This document shows positions 1 to 10,278 of a stretch of 64,000 nt of DNA, in pieces; positions within the stretch are counted from its first letter, which is position 1; each line of letters begins with the position of its first letter. A program made the translations under genes and the position numbers. The stretch is from assembly GCA_963797095.1 (NCBI GenBank), contig CAWCNY010000003.1:768001-832000 (forward strand). The letters are read 5' to 3'. The notes beneath the pieces are model-generated. The model was not told where the DNA came from. It ran no database searches and saw nothing but the letters and a program-made list of their open reading frames with translations. Origin of the DNA: an uncultured Chloroflexia bacterium. Lineage in GTDB: Bacteria > Chloroflexota > Chloroflexia > QHBQ01 > JADMIH01.

Positions 1-199
1 GCAGGCTCAACTCGTAGCGTAGTCTCCACAAGACTACCGGGAACACTATGTCCGTGGGGAACTGGAGATGATTGCAAATGGTGCCTGTTCGCTCGTTGAA
101 GACGCGAGTACACACTCTACAACGGAACACGTTGTAGCCGAGGGAGGTTTTCCTGGAGAGAAGGGTAGTGAAAGAGGGGGAGCAGTGAAGGCAATTCGT
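1..199 (-). pseudogene. IS6-family transposase with N-terminal zinc ribbon, 5' part (runs off the window edge; start codon appears mutated to ACG)
   Basis: Manual translation gives (T)NCLHCSPSFTTLLSRKTSLGYNVFRCRVCTRVFNERTGTICNHLQFPTDIVFPVVLWRLRYELSL: two CxxC motifs plus the IS6 LWRLRYxLSL motif. An AAGGA SD precedes ACG at 199. A possible IS end GGAAGCGTCAGAAATGAG begins at 302 on the minus strand. Confidence 0.7.
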
Positions 200-364
200 C
201 GGAAGTCCTTGGGTATTCCTTGCTAGGAGATGGCTGGAGTTGGGTAAGCATACTCTATAATCGTCATCATCGCCACCACCTGTTCTCATTTCTGACGCTT
301 CCTAGCTCTCAGGCAAATACTGGAACTGCTTGGATTACCGGTTGAAGATCCCGGATAATACTCT

Positions 365-2791
365 CTACGCCAGGGTCTTGGTGGCTTCCGCCAGGTTCAG
401 TCTGTTGATGCGCCGGATGGCGGGGAGGGTGGCAACTTCCATTGTCAGGAGGATGCCCAGGGAAGCCAGCACGTAGCTCAGCGGAGCGATCACGATCTTG
501 AATTGAATCAGGTCCGAGGAGAAAGCCGCTCCCATCTGGGCTGCTGCTAATGTTCCCAGCAAGATGCCCGGTATCAGCACCACAATCCAGGTAATGACGT
601 TCTCAATGCTCATCTGCCAGGTAATCGGGCCGCCCCCCATACCCACGGCGCGCATCGTGGCGAACTCCCGTTGGCGCTCCAGCACGTTCACAGTCATGGA
701 GTTGAACAGCAGCGCGAAAGACATCGCCACAGCGAAGGCCAGCACCACTCCCATGAAGAGATAGAAGAACCCCATAAGCGAGTTCCAGTCGCTCTCCACC
801 TCCGACTTGAGCCGCACGCTTGCCGCGCCCGGCAGATGATACAAATTGGCCTTGATAGCCTGAGCCTGGGACGGGTCCACGGTGAGGTACAGCCCATTGA
901 AGATAGCCCCGGACCCGGCAGGCACGCCCGCCAGTTGCAGGGCGGTGCCAACAGAGATAAAAGCGGACGAGCCGCTCAGTTCGTCGGACGTGCCCCCCAG
1001 CGTGAAGTCCTCCTTGCCCAGGGGAGTGCTCACCTGGAGGGTATTGCCTATGGAGAGCTGCAGCTTGTCGGCCAGATCGGGCGTGAGCACCATGCGGTTG
1101 CCTGCCAACGCCGGCTCGGGCGTCGCGCCTGCAGAGGACCCACCTGAGAGCTGCAGCACGTGCATCTTCTGGGCTGGATTGAACGCCGTGAGAAAGGCAT
1201 CCACGCTGTGGCCATTGGCCTGCAGGCTGACCGGTAGCTGGATTATCGGCTCGACCTGCCGCACGCCCGTCCAGCCCTTCACCTGATCGAGGGTTGGCTG
1301 CTGCTGGGGGTCATTGAACGTGACCGAAACGTCCCAGCGCTCCACATCATTGAAGTTGTGGCTCAGCAGGTATGACATGGAGTCGAACATACCCCAGCTC
1401 ACGAGCACGAGAATGAAGGCCAATACTATACCCAGCCCGGTGCTGAGGGAACGAGCGCGCACGCGAAACACGTTGCGCAGCGGCAATCGCAGCCAGATAG
1501 AGGGGTGCAGCCCCCGCAGCACCCGCTCCAACCAGGATACTCGCCCATGCACCAGGGCCAGAGCGGGGTCCATGCGCATTGCGTCGGCGGGGGCCATGCG
1601 CATTGCGGCGCGGGCTGGCCCCGCGCAGGCAAGCAGTGAGAAGAGCAGGCTGAGGCCCACTCCGATGATCACCACGTCAGCATAGAAACGCGACTCCACC
1701 AACGGGATGCCCAGCTCGGCCGCGTATTCGCTCGTGACCACGTTCGATAGTAACAGGCCGCCCGGAATGCCAACGATCGCCCCGCCAAGAGCGATCAACA
1801 ACCCGAAGGTCAGGTAGTGCGCCATCACCGCCCCGTTGCTGTAGCCTATCGCTTTCATCAGCCCGATCTGGGGCTGCTGAGATCGCACGGTGCGCCCGAG
1901 CATCGCGTACATAGCAATCGCCGACACGATGAGGATCAGGCCGGGCATCAGGGTGGAAAGTTCGCGATATCCGTCGAGGTCGAGGCTGAGAGCTTCGTTG
2001 GACGGCTGGGTCGAGCGCGGGGTGACGGCCGTCACCCCGTACGGCGCGAGCACGGCCTGGACGTCGCTTTGCACCTTCTGTGCATTTACGCCGGGGGCGT
2101 AGCGCACGACTATATCGTTGATAGCGCCTGCGCCGACTGCGGGGCTGCTCGCCGTTCCCTGGCCGGCTTGCGCTTGCAGCTGTTGCAACTCCGGAAGGGG
2201 CACGAACAACACGGCGAACGTGCGCGCCGAGGGGAGAATATCCTGCCTGCTTGGTGTGACTACCAGATATTCTGGGCTGGCAGCTATGCCGTCCACCGTG
2301 AAATCTGTTCGTTGGCCGTTTATGATAGGGCTCACCATGCCGCCGGGCTGGATCCCGTAAATGTCCGCAAAGTGCTTTTCAACGAGGGCCGAGGTGGTAT
2401 CGCCCGCCGACAGGTAATGACCCTGTGTGACCAGAACATCGTTCACCGAAGGGTGCTGGCCCGCCGGCAGCCCGATGAGGCGAGCGCGTATCTGCGCGCC
2501 GCTTGAAAGCTGGAAACCTGTATCAACTACGAGCCGGCCCGTGGCGGCCTCCACGCCGGGCACCTGGGCCACGGCGTCAGCAGCGCTCTCGGGCGCGGAC
2601 TGCAAGGAGAATGTGGCGTCGGCGAATTTGAGAAGGTCGTAGGTGCGGTTGTATGAGCTCGACAGGTCACGGTATGCTCCGACCAGCGCGATGAAGCTGG
2701 CGATCCCGAGCGCCACGATCAGGACCAGCGCACCCGTCTGGGCGAGGGCAGCTCGAAGGTCACGGTATGTCTTGTGCAGGAGAGTGTTCAT
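365..2791 (-). CDS. ABC transporter permease, FtsX/MacB-like (two FtsX modules)
   Basis: 808 aa with two hydrophobic TM clusters, QIGLMKAIGYS and ERQREFATMRAVG motifs, and large extracytoplasmic domains. Confidence 0.9.
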   Translation of the reverse strand: MNTLLHKTYRDLRAALAQTGALVLIVALGIASFIALVGAYRDLSSSYNRTYDLLKFADATFSLQSAPESAADAVAQVPGVEAATGRLVVDTGFQLSSGAQIRARLIGLPAGQHPSVNDVLVTQGHYLSAGDTTSALVEKHFADIYGIQPGGMVSPIINGQRTDFTVDGIAASPEYLVVTPSRQDILPSARTFAVLFVPLPELQQLQAQAGQGTASSPAVGAGAINDIVVRYAPGVNAQKVQSDVQAVLAPYGVTAVTPRSTQPSNEALSLDLDGYRELSTLMPGLILIVSAIAMYAMLGRTVRSQQPQIGLMKAIGYSNGAVMAHYLTFGLLIALGGAIVGIPGGLLLSNVVTSEYAAELGIPLVESRFYADVVIIGVGLSLLFSLLACAGPARAAMRMAPADAMRMDPALALVHGRVSWLERVLRGLHPSIWLRLPLRNVFRVRARSLSTGLGIVLAFILVLVSWGMFDSMSYLLSHNFNDVERWDVSVTFNDPQQQPTLDQVKGWTGVRQVEPIIQLPVSLQANGHSVDAFLTAFNPAQKMHVLQLSGGSSAGATPEPALAGNRMVLTPDLADKLQLSIGNTLQVSTPLGKEDFTLGGTSDELSGSSAFISVGTALQLAGVPAGSGAIFNGLYLTVDPSQAQAIKANLYHLPGAASVRLKSEVESDWNSLMGFFYLFMGVVLAFAVAMSFALLFNSMTVNVLERQREFATMRAVGMGGGPITWQMSIENVITWIVVLIPGILLGTLAAAQMGAAFSSDLIQFKIVIAPLSYVLASLGILLTMEVATLPAIRRINRLNLAEATKTLA

Positions 2792-2818
2792 GGCAGGAAA
2801 CCTCCGAGAAACATACGG

Positions 2819-3553
2819 CTACCAGACGAGCTCGGCCACGGGGATCGGGTGAGCATTGGCCTCTACGTGGTCGATCATGCCGTCCCGCAGCCTTACTACT
2901 CGATCCGCGATGGGTGCGATCGCGGTATTGTGAGTAACCAGTAACACAGTCGAGCCTTCCTGCTTGTTGAGATTGCGAATCACCTGCAAAACCTGCTGGC
3001 CGGTAGCTACGTCCAGATTCCCGGTGGGCTCGTCGCATAATATCAGGGGTGGGTGCGTGGCGAGGGCGCGAGCGATGGCCACGCGTTGTTGCTCGCCGCC
3101 GGATAGTTGCGATGGGAAGTGGCTTGCGCGCTCCTCCAGGCCCACCATGCCGAGAAGCTCGACCGCTTCGTGCCGCTGCTTGCTTCCGTCTCCTTCTACG
3201 AGAGCCAGGGCAAGCTCCACGTTCTCCGCGGCAGTGAGAGTGGGGATCAGGTTGAAGAACTGGAAAATAAAGCCGACTTTGCGGCGCCGGTATGCGGTCA
3301 GTTCTCGCTCGTCATAGCGAGCAATATTCTCCCCATCCACGATCACCGAGCCGCCGGTCGGCCTGTCCAGCCCGCCAAGCAGATTGAGAGTGGTGGTCTT
3401 GCCGCAACCCGAAGGGCCAAGAAGCACTACGAATTCTCCGCGGTTGATGAGCAGGTTAAGTCCCCGCAACGCGTGGACCGTGACGTCGCCCATCTTGTAA
3501 TCGCGCGTCAGCCCTCTCAATTCGATCAATGGCTCGGGTGATTCGATAGACAT
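2819..3553 (-). CDS. ABC transporter ATP-binding protein (LolD/MacB-like)
   Basis: Walker A GPSGCGKTT, signature LSGGEQQRVAIARA, Walker B ILCDEPTGNLD, H-loop VTHN. Confidence 0.95.
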   Translation of the reverse strand: MSIESPEPLIELRGLTRDYKMGDVTVHALRGLNLLINRGEFVVLLGPSGCGKTTTLNLLGGLDRPTGGSVIVDGENIARYDERELTAYRRRKVGFIFQFFNLIPTLTAAENVELALALVEGDGSKQRHEAVELLGMVGLEERASHFPSQLSGGEQQRVAIARALATHPPLILCDEPTGNLDVATGQQVLQVIRNLNKQEGSTVLLVTHNTAIAPIADRVVRLRDGMIDHVEANAHPIPVAELVW

Positions 3554-3563
3554 TGCACTTTCC

Positions 3564-4238
3564 TTATGAAGAGGCCGGGGACCAGGGGCTGGTAGCCTGA
3601 ACAGATCCTAGCCTCTGGCCCCTGGCCCCTGGCCCCTTTGGTTCTTCCATGATACCTTCCAGCATCAGCCTCATCGAAGCTTCAATGCTCCGCCGTAGCG
3701 GTACCGTTTCCGGGTCGACCAGCCATAGCAGCCCCAGGCCCTCATACATGCCCGTCATGGCGGTGGCCGCAGCCTGGGGGTCTACGTTGCGAAACTCGCC
3801 GCTGTCTATGCCCTGCCGGATGATCTCGCCCAGCCCCTCCTGGAATCGCCTGAGGTATTGCTTTACGGACTGCTTCACGACGTTGTGCCGGCTGATCAGC
3901 CCATAGAACTCGAGGGCGATCGGGACGAACCAGGTCATGCGCTCCAAGTCCGCGGCACTGCGCCTGGCATAGGTGATGAGCCTCTCGCCAGCGGGACCTT
4001 CGGTATGTATCAAGGTATGCAGTTCGGCGAATTCTATGTCGAAAATGCGGTTGAGCAACGCCTCGATGACGGCGTCCTTGCTCCGGAAATACCAGTAAAG
4101 CGCTCCTTTACTCAGGTGCGCCTCCTCCACGATGTCGTCCATCCGCGCCTTGTGGAAGCCAAGGCGGGCGAACACGGTGGTGGCCGCTTCGAGTATCTGA
4201 TTCTTGCGCTCTTCGCTTACGTCGGGTCGGGGGGCCAT
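3564..4238 (-). CDS. TetR/AcrR family transcriptional regulator
   Basis: N-terminal HTH ILEAATTVFARLGFHKARMDDIVEEAHLSKGALYWYFRSK. Confidence 0.95.
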   Translation of the reverse strand: MAPRPDVSEERKNQILEAATTVFARLGFHKARMDDIVEEAHLSKGALYWYFRSKDAVIEALLNRIFDIEFAELHTLIHTEGPAGERLITYARRSAADLERMTWFVPIALEFYGLISRHNVVKQSVKQYLRRFQEGLGEIIRQGIDSGEFRNVDPQAAATAMTGMYEGLGLLWLVDPETVPLRRSIEASMRLMLEGIMEEPKGPGARGQRLGSVQATSPWSPASS

Positions 4239-4257
4239 AGGCTATAGCACCTTCGCA

Positions 4258-4316
4258 AATAACTGACCGCCCAGTCGGTCAGTTATTATTATGGGTTACG
4301 AATCGAAAATTGTCAA
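4258..4316 (-). promoter_or_regulatory. Sigma70-type promoter and TetR operator of the tetR-ABC operon
   Basis: Minus strand TTGACA (4316-4311), 17 bp, CATAAT (4293-4288). A perfect 12-bp inverted repeat AATAACTGACCG-N6-CGGTCAGTTATT at 4258-4287 lies directly downstream of the -10. Confidence 0.8.
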
Positions 4317-4519
4317 TACCTTTGTCAGCAACTGATCACAAATTCGGTGGCCGTACGCTGTAAATCACAGAATTATCTGGCGGGAATTAGCCAGCAATAT
4401 GTGACGCACTCTCGCTGCTAGTTTTCAGATAATTCGGGTAATTAGGGCACCCCTATCTTCCTCTTCTTAGTGCAAACCCCTTCTCGGTCTCTTCGGCAGT
4501 AATAGACTCGACCCAAAAT

Positions 4520-5387
4520 GGTTGTGTTGCAGAAATAAGGACGCTCTGGTTGCAAGTAAAAGAGGGTATGCGGCGGCCAGAAGCCTATGGATCAAGCAGT
4601 CAAGCCGAAGGCCCGGTCGATGAACCGCACCTGACTAACAATATCGCCTTTGCTTGTTCCTTGTACCTGTCCCTTTCTCAGTTGGTTCATCGCCTCGTAG
4701 CCATCGATGGTTCGCCATGCTGTCATACAGGACCAGAATCCTAGACCCGGTCGTACACGCCCTTGATAAAGCGATGATCCTGTTCTACTATGTTGTTCAA
4801 GTACTTAATAGGTCGCAGTTTGCACGCAGGATCAAGCGTACCTTCGGCCTGCAACACCTCAACAGCTGGTGGATAGGCGGCATTCTTGTCAACATTCACC
4901 ACTCGGGGCATAACAATGTGTGCTTGGCCCAACGCTTTACGGAAAAAGCACTCCGCCGCGCCAGCATGGCGGTGGGGACTTAGCATGAACTCCAGAGTGT
5001 CGCCGGCAGAATCCACAGCACGATAGAGATACATCCATGTACCGCGCACTTTGATGTAGGATTCGTCAACTCGCCAAGAGTCATTGGTGGCTTTGAGTTG
5101 GGCACGAACACGCTTTTCGAGTTGTGGGGCATAATGCTGTACCCAGCGGTAGACCCAGCGGTAGATTGTAGTGTGGTCTGCGTGGAGGCCACGCTCAGTC
5201 ATTATTTCTTCCAGATCACGGTAGCTTAATGAGTAGCGCAAGTACCAGCGGACACAAAGCAGGATGACTTCGAGTTGATAATGTCGCCATTTGAAGGGAT
5301 TGTCCTGGTTCAAAGCTTCGCCTCCGCCATCAATAACTACACTTGCTCGATGATTTATCAGGCTTGCTGAATTTTCGCAACAAAGCC
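4520..5387 (-). mobile_element. IS6-family insertion sequence (868 bp)
   Basis: Terminal IRs GGTTGTGTTGCAGAAAT (4520) and GGCTTTGTTGCGAAAAT (reverse complement, ends 5387), 13/17 identical and resembling IS26/IS257 ends. No flanking target duplication seen. Confidence 0.85.
4592..5313 (-). pseudogene. IS6 transposase, frameshifted
   Basis: PFKWRHY..ILLCVRWYLRYSLSYRDLEE, WRVDESYIKVRG and NNIVEQDHRFIK motifs. After a 1-bp loss near 4762 the C-terminus continues in another frame (RVRPGLGF..GYEAMNQLRKGQ..) to TGA at 4592. A 12-bp duplication at 5141-5164 gives YRWVYRWV. TTG start at 5313 follows GGAGG. Confidence 0.85.
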
Positions 5388-5761
5388 CCAAGGAGGGAAC
5401 GCACCGATTATTGCAGGTGCGTATCCAGGTATTAGACGAGGAGTTGAGGCGAAGCTTCGAGCGATGGTATCCAGGCATGAGGGCAGCGATTCCAGAGCCA
5501 GGAGTAGAGCGGAAAACCGAACTGGAGGCGTATGCAGTTTATCAAGCCACTACAGCCAATGCAGCCCGACTTCGCCGGATCGAAGGGCACAAGATGGCCC
5601 GGGTGGGCTACACCATGCCCCCGGGGTTTGAATGGCCTCCATATTCACCTCCTATTCACCTTGTGTTACCCCGATATTAGCCTCTTCCTCCTATAATGGC
5701 CGTGCTGCCTGTAGTGCGGCCGGTAGCACTGTGTCGGACACGTGATCGGAGCGCGGAGGCT

Positions 5762-6775
5762 ATGGATTTGTTTCCTGCCATCTTACTATTGTGCGGAGCG
5801 GCTGTTACCGGCGCCAGCGTGCTAGTCCTGCGATGGACCGGGCATCTTGTGCGGCGCATGGGCCGCCGAGCACAACTGGGCCTCGGCATTGTTGCGTGGA
5901 TCGTTGAAGCGGTCTTTTTGGCCGCGGTGCTCCTGCTCGTGAGCGGGGCATTCGTGCCAAGCGCGGTGCTGGCTCCCGGCACCTTGAACAAGGCCTGGGT
6001 GGAGGTGACTATTGCGCTGGCTCTGCTGGCGGCGCTGGCCCTCCTCGCTCGACTGTGGGGGGTGCCAACCCTGGCCGAAGTAGGGCTCTCCGTGCCGGTG
6101 AAGGGACGGTGGGGCTACACCCTGCGAGATCTCGGCTTCGGGCTGGCGCTCGGCCTGCTCGCCGCCGGGGTTATTCCTGCAGCGGGGGCTATCGGGGGCT
6201 GGGAGCACCTGACCGGGCTGGCCCCACTCGACCAGGTTGCCCCGGACCTGCTCCTCGCGGCGGTCTTCTTCATAGCCACAGGGCTCTTCGAGGAGTTGCT
6301 GTTTCGCGGCTGCGCCTTCGCCCTGGTGGCGCGGCTGGGGGGATTGCCCGCGGCGTGGGTGATCAGCGTCCTCGTATTCAGCCTGGCGCACGGCGCGAAC
6401 CCGGGCGCGTCCGTGATGGCGGTGGTGGGCGTGGCGGTGGCATCCATCGCGCTCGCCCTGGGTCTGTTGAGGGCGGGTGCGCTCTGGCTGCCCATAGCAT
6501 TCCACGCGAGCTGGAACTGGGCTCTGGGAAGCCTGTACGGATACGCGGTCAGCGGTATCGGGCTGGGTGGTCTGATGCAGAGGGAGATCGATCCCACCGC
6601 GCCCGCCTGGGCCACCGGAGGCGGCTTTGGTCCCGAGGCTGGCCTCTTCGGAATCCTCGCATTCGCGCTGGCGGGCGTCGCCATCTGGCTATACACGGGG
6701 CAGGCGCACACGCAAGCGGGTGCGGCCCGCCTATTCGCCGCGGGCACACCGGAGAGAAGCGCCCAGGCGCGATGA
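5762..6775 (+). CDS. CPBP/CAAX (Abi) family intramembrane glutamic endopeptidase
   Basis: EELLFRG, FSLAH and HASWN motifs; many TM helices; ATG 5762 follows GGAGG (ORF track starts at 5696). Confidence 0.9.
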   Translation: MDLFPAILLLCGAAVTGASVLVLRWTGHLVRRMGRRAQLGLGIVAWIVEAVFLAAVLLLVSGAFVPSAVLAPGTLNKAWVEVTIALALLAALALLARLWGVPTLAEVGLSVPVKGRWGYTLRDLGFGLALGLLAAGVIPAAGAIGGWEHLTGLAPLDQVAPDLLLAAVFFIATGLFEELLFRGCAFALVARLGGLPAAWVISVLVFSLAHGANPGASVMAVVGVAVASIALALGLLRAGALWLPIAFHASWNWALGSLYGYAVSGIGLGGLMQREIDPTAPAWATGGGFGPEAGLFGILAFALAGVAIWLYTGQAHTQAGAARLFAAGTPERSAQAR

Positions 6776-6829
6776 AGCGGCCTGCGAAGCCCGTAGTGTG
6801 CGGAAACACTATCCACGGCAGTGACAGCT

Positions 6830-7980
6830 TCATGCAGCTTGGTAATTGTCATGGTAGTAGTCATGGATGATGCCTCCGAGAACATCCCGCCTACATATGG
6901 GAGCTGATAAGGAAACGGGTTCTTCTGCCAGCCGAACTGGGATCTGCTGGCTTATACCTTGATGTGCTCGGCGGTGATTGTAATAGTCAATGTACTTGGC
7001 CAGCACTCGCCGCAGGTGCTTTTCACTGATGATAAGCAGGTGATCGAGGCATTCCTCTCGTACTGTCCGAACCCATCGTTCCGCATATGCATTTGCGTTG
7101 GGTGCCAGGTAGGGGGTGAGTATAGTTTCAACGCCTCCAGAGACGAAAACTGTCCCGAAGGAAGAAGCGAACTTGGCATTCCGGTCGTGGATAAGGAAGC
7201 GTATGGGTAACTTTCCATCCCGGATATGCTGAGTATTCCACAGATCCCAGGCGAGATTGCGTGCTTGTTGGGTGACCCACTCGGACGTAGGGTGAGGCGT
7301 ACAACCGGCCAAGCGCACTCTGCGAGTGCCCACCTCTATGAAAAAGAGCATGTACAGCGTCTGCAAGCGTATCGTCTCCACTGTGAAGAAATCGCAAGCA
7401 AGCATCTGGCCAGCATAGTGGCCCAGGAAGGTGCGCCAACTGCTGCTGTTCTTACTGCGCTGGGTCGAGGGTGGAATACGGTTGCGTTTGAGGATGTCTC
7501 GTACAGTGGAACGCCCAATGGAGTAACCGAGTTTGAGCAGCTCACCTTGTATCCTGCATAGCCCCATCGCGGGTTCTCCCTGGCTAATCGCACGACTAGC
7601 TCGTTGATTTCTGGCCCAACAGAGGGTTTGCCAGGCCGACCTTCTCTCCGATAAGTCCACTTACGTCTCACCAGTTCTCTGTGCCACCTGAGGACGGTGT
7701 CAGGTTTGAACAGCAGGACAGCCTCGTCCAGCCTTCTGCCGACATCTGTGGCATCTCTGCTCAAGGCTTTGAGCCGAACAGCAAGGACAGCGAGCGCGCA
7801 TTTCTCCCAACGGGAAGAGCGAGGTGGCTTGGAGTTAGAGAGCTTGCGCTGTAGGATACGGAGTTGCTGACGCAGCAGTAGTATTTGGAGATCCTTGTAA
7901 CCATCGGAGGGGCGGGTGGAGACGAACAGGTCCAACAGCAGGCCAAAGATATGCGCGAAAACTAGGTGAGGCGTGGTCAT
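6830..7980 (-). pseudogene. rve/integrase-core (DDE) transposase split by a frameshift
   Basis: N-terminal half in ORF 7336-8142 (LLLRQQLRILQR..KPDTVLRWHRELVRRKW..LARENPRWGY). C-terminal half in ORF 6830-7660 (RIQGELLKLG..ACDFFTV..FLIHDR..NAYAERWVRTVREECLD..YNHRRAHQG..LGGIIHDY). Junction is a 1-bp shift near 7558. Confidence 0.85.
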
Positions 7981-8068
7981 AAATAAAGAGCCGCACTCAA
8001 GGGTTGCCTGAGCGCGGCAACCTCCGTACCATTGTGGTTGCGACACCAAACAAGGGGAGGCAACCACA

Positions 8069-8226
8069 ATGGTACAACACAATACTCTGCTTGTCATGTT
8101 GGTGCAGTTGGTGGACCACATACCAACTCCGCCACAGGTCAAGCAGGGAAGGGGCAGGCCGACTATCTATCCGGAGCGGCTCTTTCTCAAAGCATTGGTC
8201 ATTATGATCGTGAAGCATCTACATAG
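8069..8226 (+). pseudogene. Truncated transposase N-terminus
   Basis: GRGRPTIYPERLFLKALVIMIVKHLH resembles N-termini of DDE transposases; good SD GGGGAGG; similarity ends near 8226. Confidence 0.5.
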
Positions 8227-8799
8227 TAGGGTAAGAGGCCGGGTCTTGGTCGCCCAAGAACACCAACCCCTCCTTCGATCCATATCCCGGTGGTGAACCA
8301 CTGAGAGCGCCTATTTCCTGAACGCGAAGTATTGGACTATAGGACCCGAACCCCTTCAATTCACGGCCAGGTGGAGTGTAAACGAAGAAGCGTTCCCAGG
8401 TCGTTCCCTCAGGTCACATGCCACCCTTGATTGTTCCCTTTACTTGGCTTTTGCATAGCTGGTTCTTTGATTCGTACTCATGCAGAGTCCTCCATAGCGT
8501 ATCGAATGACCAGAACCCCATGCCCTTGTTGCATCAGAACCGTATAAGCTATTGCGCTCGAATCATCCACGGGACTGCTACTCGCGTATACCTCGTTGTT
8601 TACCTTTCAGTGCCACACTAAATTGGGCGAGTTTGCCTCGCACACAACACGCAGGCTGGTCAGATAGCGCGTAGAGCGCTGACGTTGCCGTGTTCGCCTG
8701 GCTGTTGATGGACACCGTGGTGGAGTTGCCTAATGGCCTGGTGGCGTACAGCATGCCAACTGCCGGCAGCACCGGGCAACTTGTATGAGGAGGTTGGAA

Positions 8800-9621
8800 A
8801 TGGCGGTCCTGAGTGCACGAAGACCTTCGAGAGAGGCTTTGGGAGAAGAAGATACGGATCCAGGCTCATCATGGAAGGGTCTCTATCGAGTGGGAGCTGT
8901 TTCGGCTGCTCTCTATGTTCTTCTGATAATAGTACCGGTCGTGCTCCTCAACATAGCGCCACAGCCTCCGCTATCGGGTGGGGCAGCCGTACTCCAGTAC
9001 ATTGCCTCAAACAAGACGGTCTACATAATAGAGTTGGTCTCATTCGTGGGGCTCAGTCTGCCTGCCATGATCGTCTTCCTGGCCCTCTATGCGGCGCTCA
9101 AGCATCTGAACAGCAGCTACGCGGCGCTGGGTGCTTTGGTAGGTATCGCCTCCGAGGTTATCGCCCTGGCCTACAGTAGCAGTCCTCCATCGCTCCATGT
9201 CGGTCTGGTGAACCTGAGCGACCGGTACGCGGCACTCACAACCGAAGCCCAACGTGCATCGTTGGCGTCTGCCGCCGAGGGACTGATCGCGATCAGCAAC
9301 GCGGTGAATAGTGCCGGCATCTTGACCGCCCTGGGTATCCTGATCATCTCGCTGGCTATGCTGATGGGCGTCTTCTCCAAAGGTGTTGCCTATCTGGGCA
9401 TAGCGACAGGTGCGCTGGGCATAGTGTGTGAGACCTTCCGGGATGTTATAGGCCCTGGCTACTATATCTACGGTCTCCTCCTCCCCACCTGGTTTATTGC
9501 GGTTGGCTGGAAACTCTACCGGCTCGGATCGAGCAGTTCACACTTGGGGAGAACCACCCTCAGCGGTCGCGGCTTTTCGGCGACAAGACGCTTCCTCGGC
9601 AAGAGTGAGGAAGAACGGTAG
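8800..9621 (+). CDS. DUF4386-like membrane protein
   Basis: Several TM helices; WKGLYRVGAVSA start and WFIAVGWKL end; ATG 8800 follows GAGGAGG. Confidence 0.65.
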   Translation: MAVLSARRPSREALGEEDTDPGSSWKGLYRVGAVSAALYVLLIIVPVVLLNIAPQPPLSGGAAVLQYIASNKTVYIIELVSFVGLSLPAMIVFLALYAALKHLNSSYAALGALVGIASEVIALAYSSSPPSLHVGLVNLSDRYAALTTEAQRASLASAAEGLIAISNAVNSAGILTALGILIISLAMLMGVFSKGVAYLGIATGALGIVCETFRDVIGPGYYIYGLLLPTWFIAVGWKLYRLGSSSSHLGRTTLSGRGFSATRRFLGKSEEER

Positions 9622-9639
9622 AAAGATAGGAACACAGCT

Positions 9640-10143
9640 ATGAAGACGCCAGACAAGATACCCTCGCCCACATCTCCAGGCAATCAAACTCCCATATCCC
9701 CTATGCCGGCCTACCGGCAATCGCCCTGGTCGATACTGCACCTGGTCAACCCGCTGACACGTTTGCTGGTGGGAAGATTGGGTCTGGGCAACGACGGGGT
9801 GCGCATACTCGAGGTGAAAGGCCGGAAGAGCGCCATGTGGCATTCCACTCCGGTGAGAATGCTCGAAGTAGATGGGAGGCGGTATCTGGTCGCGCTACAG
9901 GGCGAAACCCAGTGGGTTAGAAACCTCAGGGTCCAGGGAGGCGGACGGCTCCGACTTGGCAAGAATGTTATGCAGTTCCAGGCTAGAGAACTACCCGACG
10001 AACGGAAGTCACCGGTTCTACGTGCATACTTCAAGCGTTGGTGGTCCCAGAGCGCGCCGCTAACTACTGTGAAATCGTCCGAGGCATCAGACGCAGAGAT
10101 CGCAACGGCAGCCCCAACGCACCCGGTATTTGCGCTTGAGTGA
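9640..10143 (+). CDS. Deazaflavin (F420)-dependent nitroreductase family protein
   Basis: LEVKGRKSAMWHSTPV, YLVA..GETQWVRNLR and HPVF motifs typical of Ddn/DUF385. Confidence 0.8.
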   Translation: MKTPDKIPSPTSPGNQTPISPMPAYRQSPWSILHLVNPLTRLLVGRLGLGNDGVRILEVKGRKSAMWHSTPVRMLEVDGRRYLVALQGETQWVRNLRVQGGGRLRLGKNVMQFQARELPDERKSPVLRAYFKRWWSQSAPLTTVKSSEASDAEIATAAPTHPVFALE

Positions 10144-10278
10144 TAGGAATATGCCGGGCCAGGCACGCAAGATGGTCAGCGAGTAGCAACTCGCCTGGAG
10201 CCTGGGAGCAAAGCCAGGTAACGCATAGAACGCGGTGGAGCACAGCACCGTGGAGACAGCACATCAGGAGGTAATACC

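Noticed and set aside
5411-5680. 89-aa ORF next to the IS6 end
   Set aside because: No family recognised; may be a remnant or small gene but cannot be supported
5762-6775. Abi-named protease as a phage defence gene
   Set aside because: CPBP/CAAX family membership alone does not imply abortive infection, and there is no defence context
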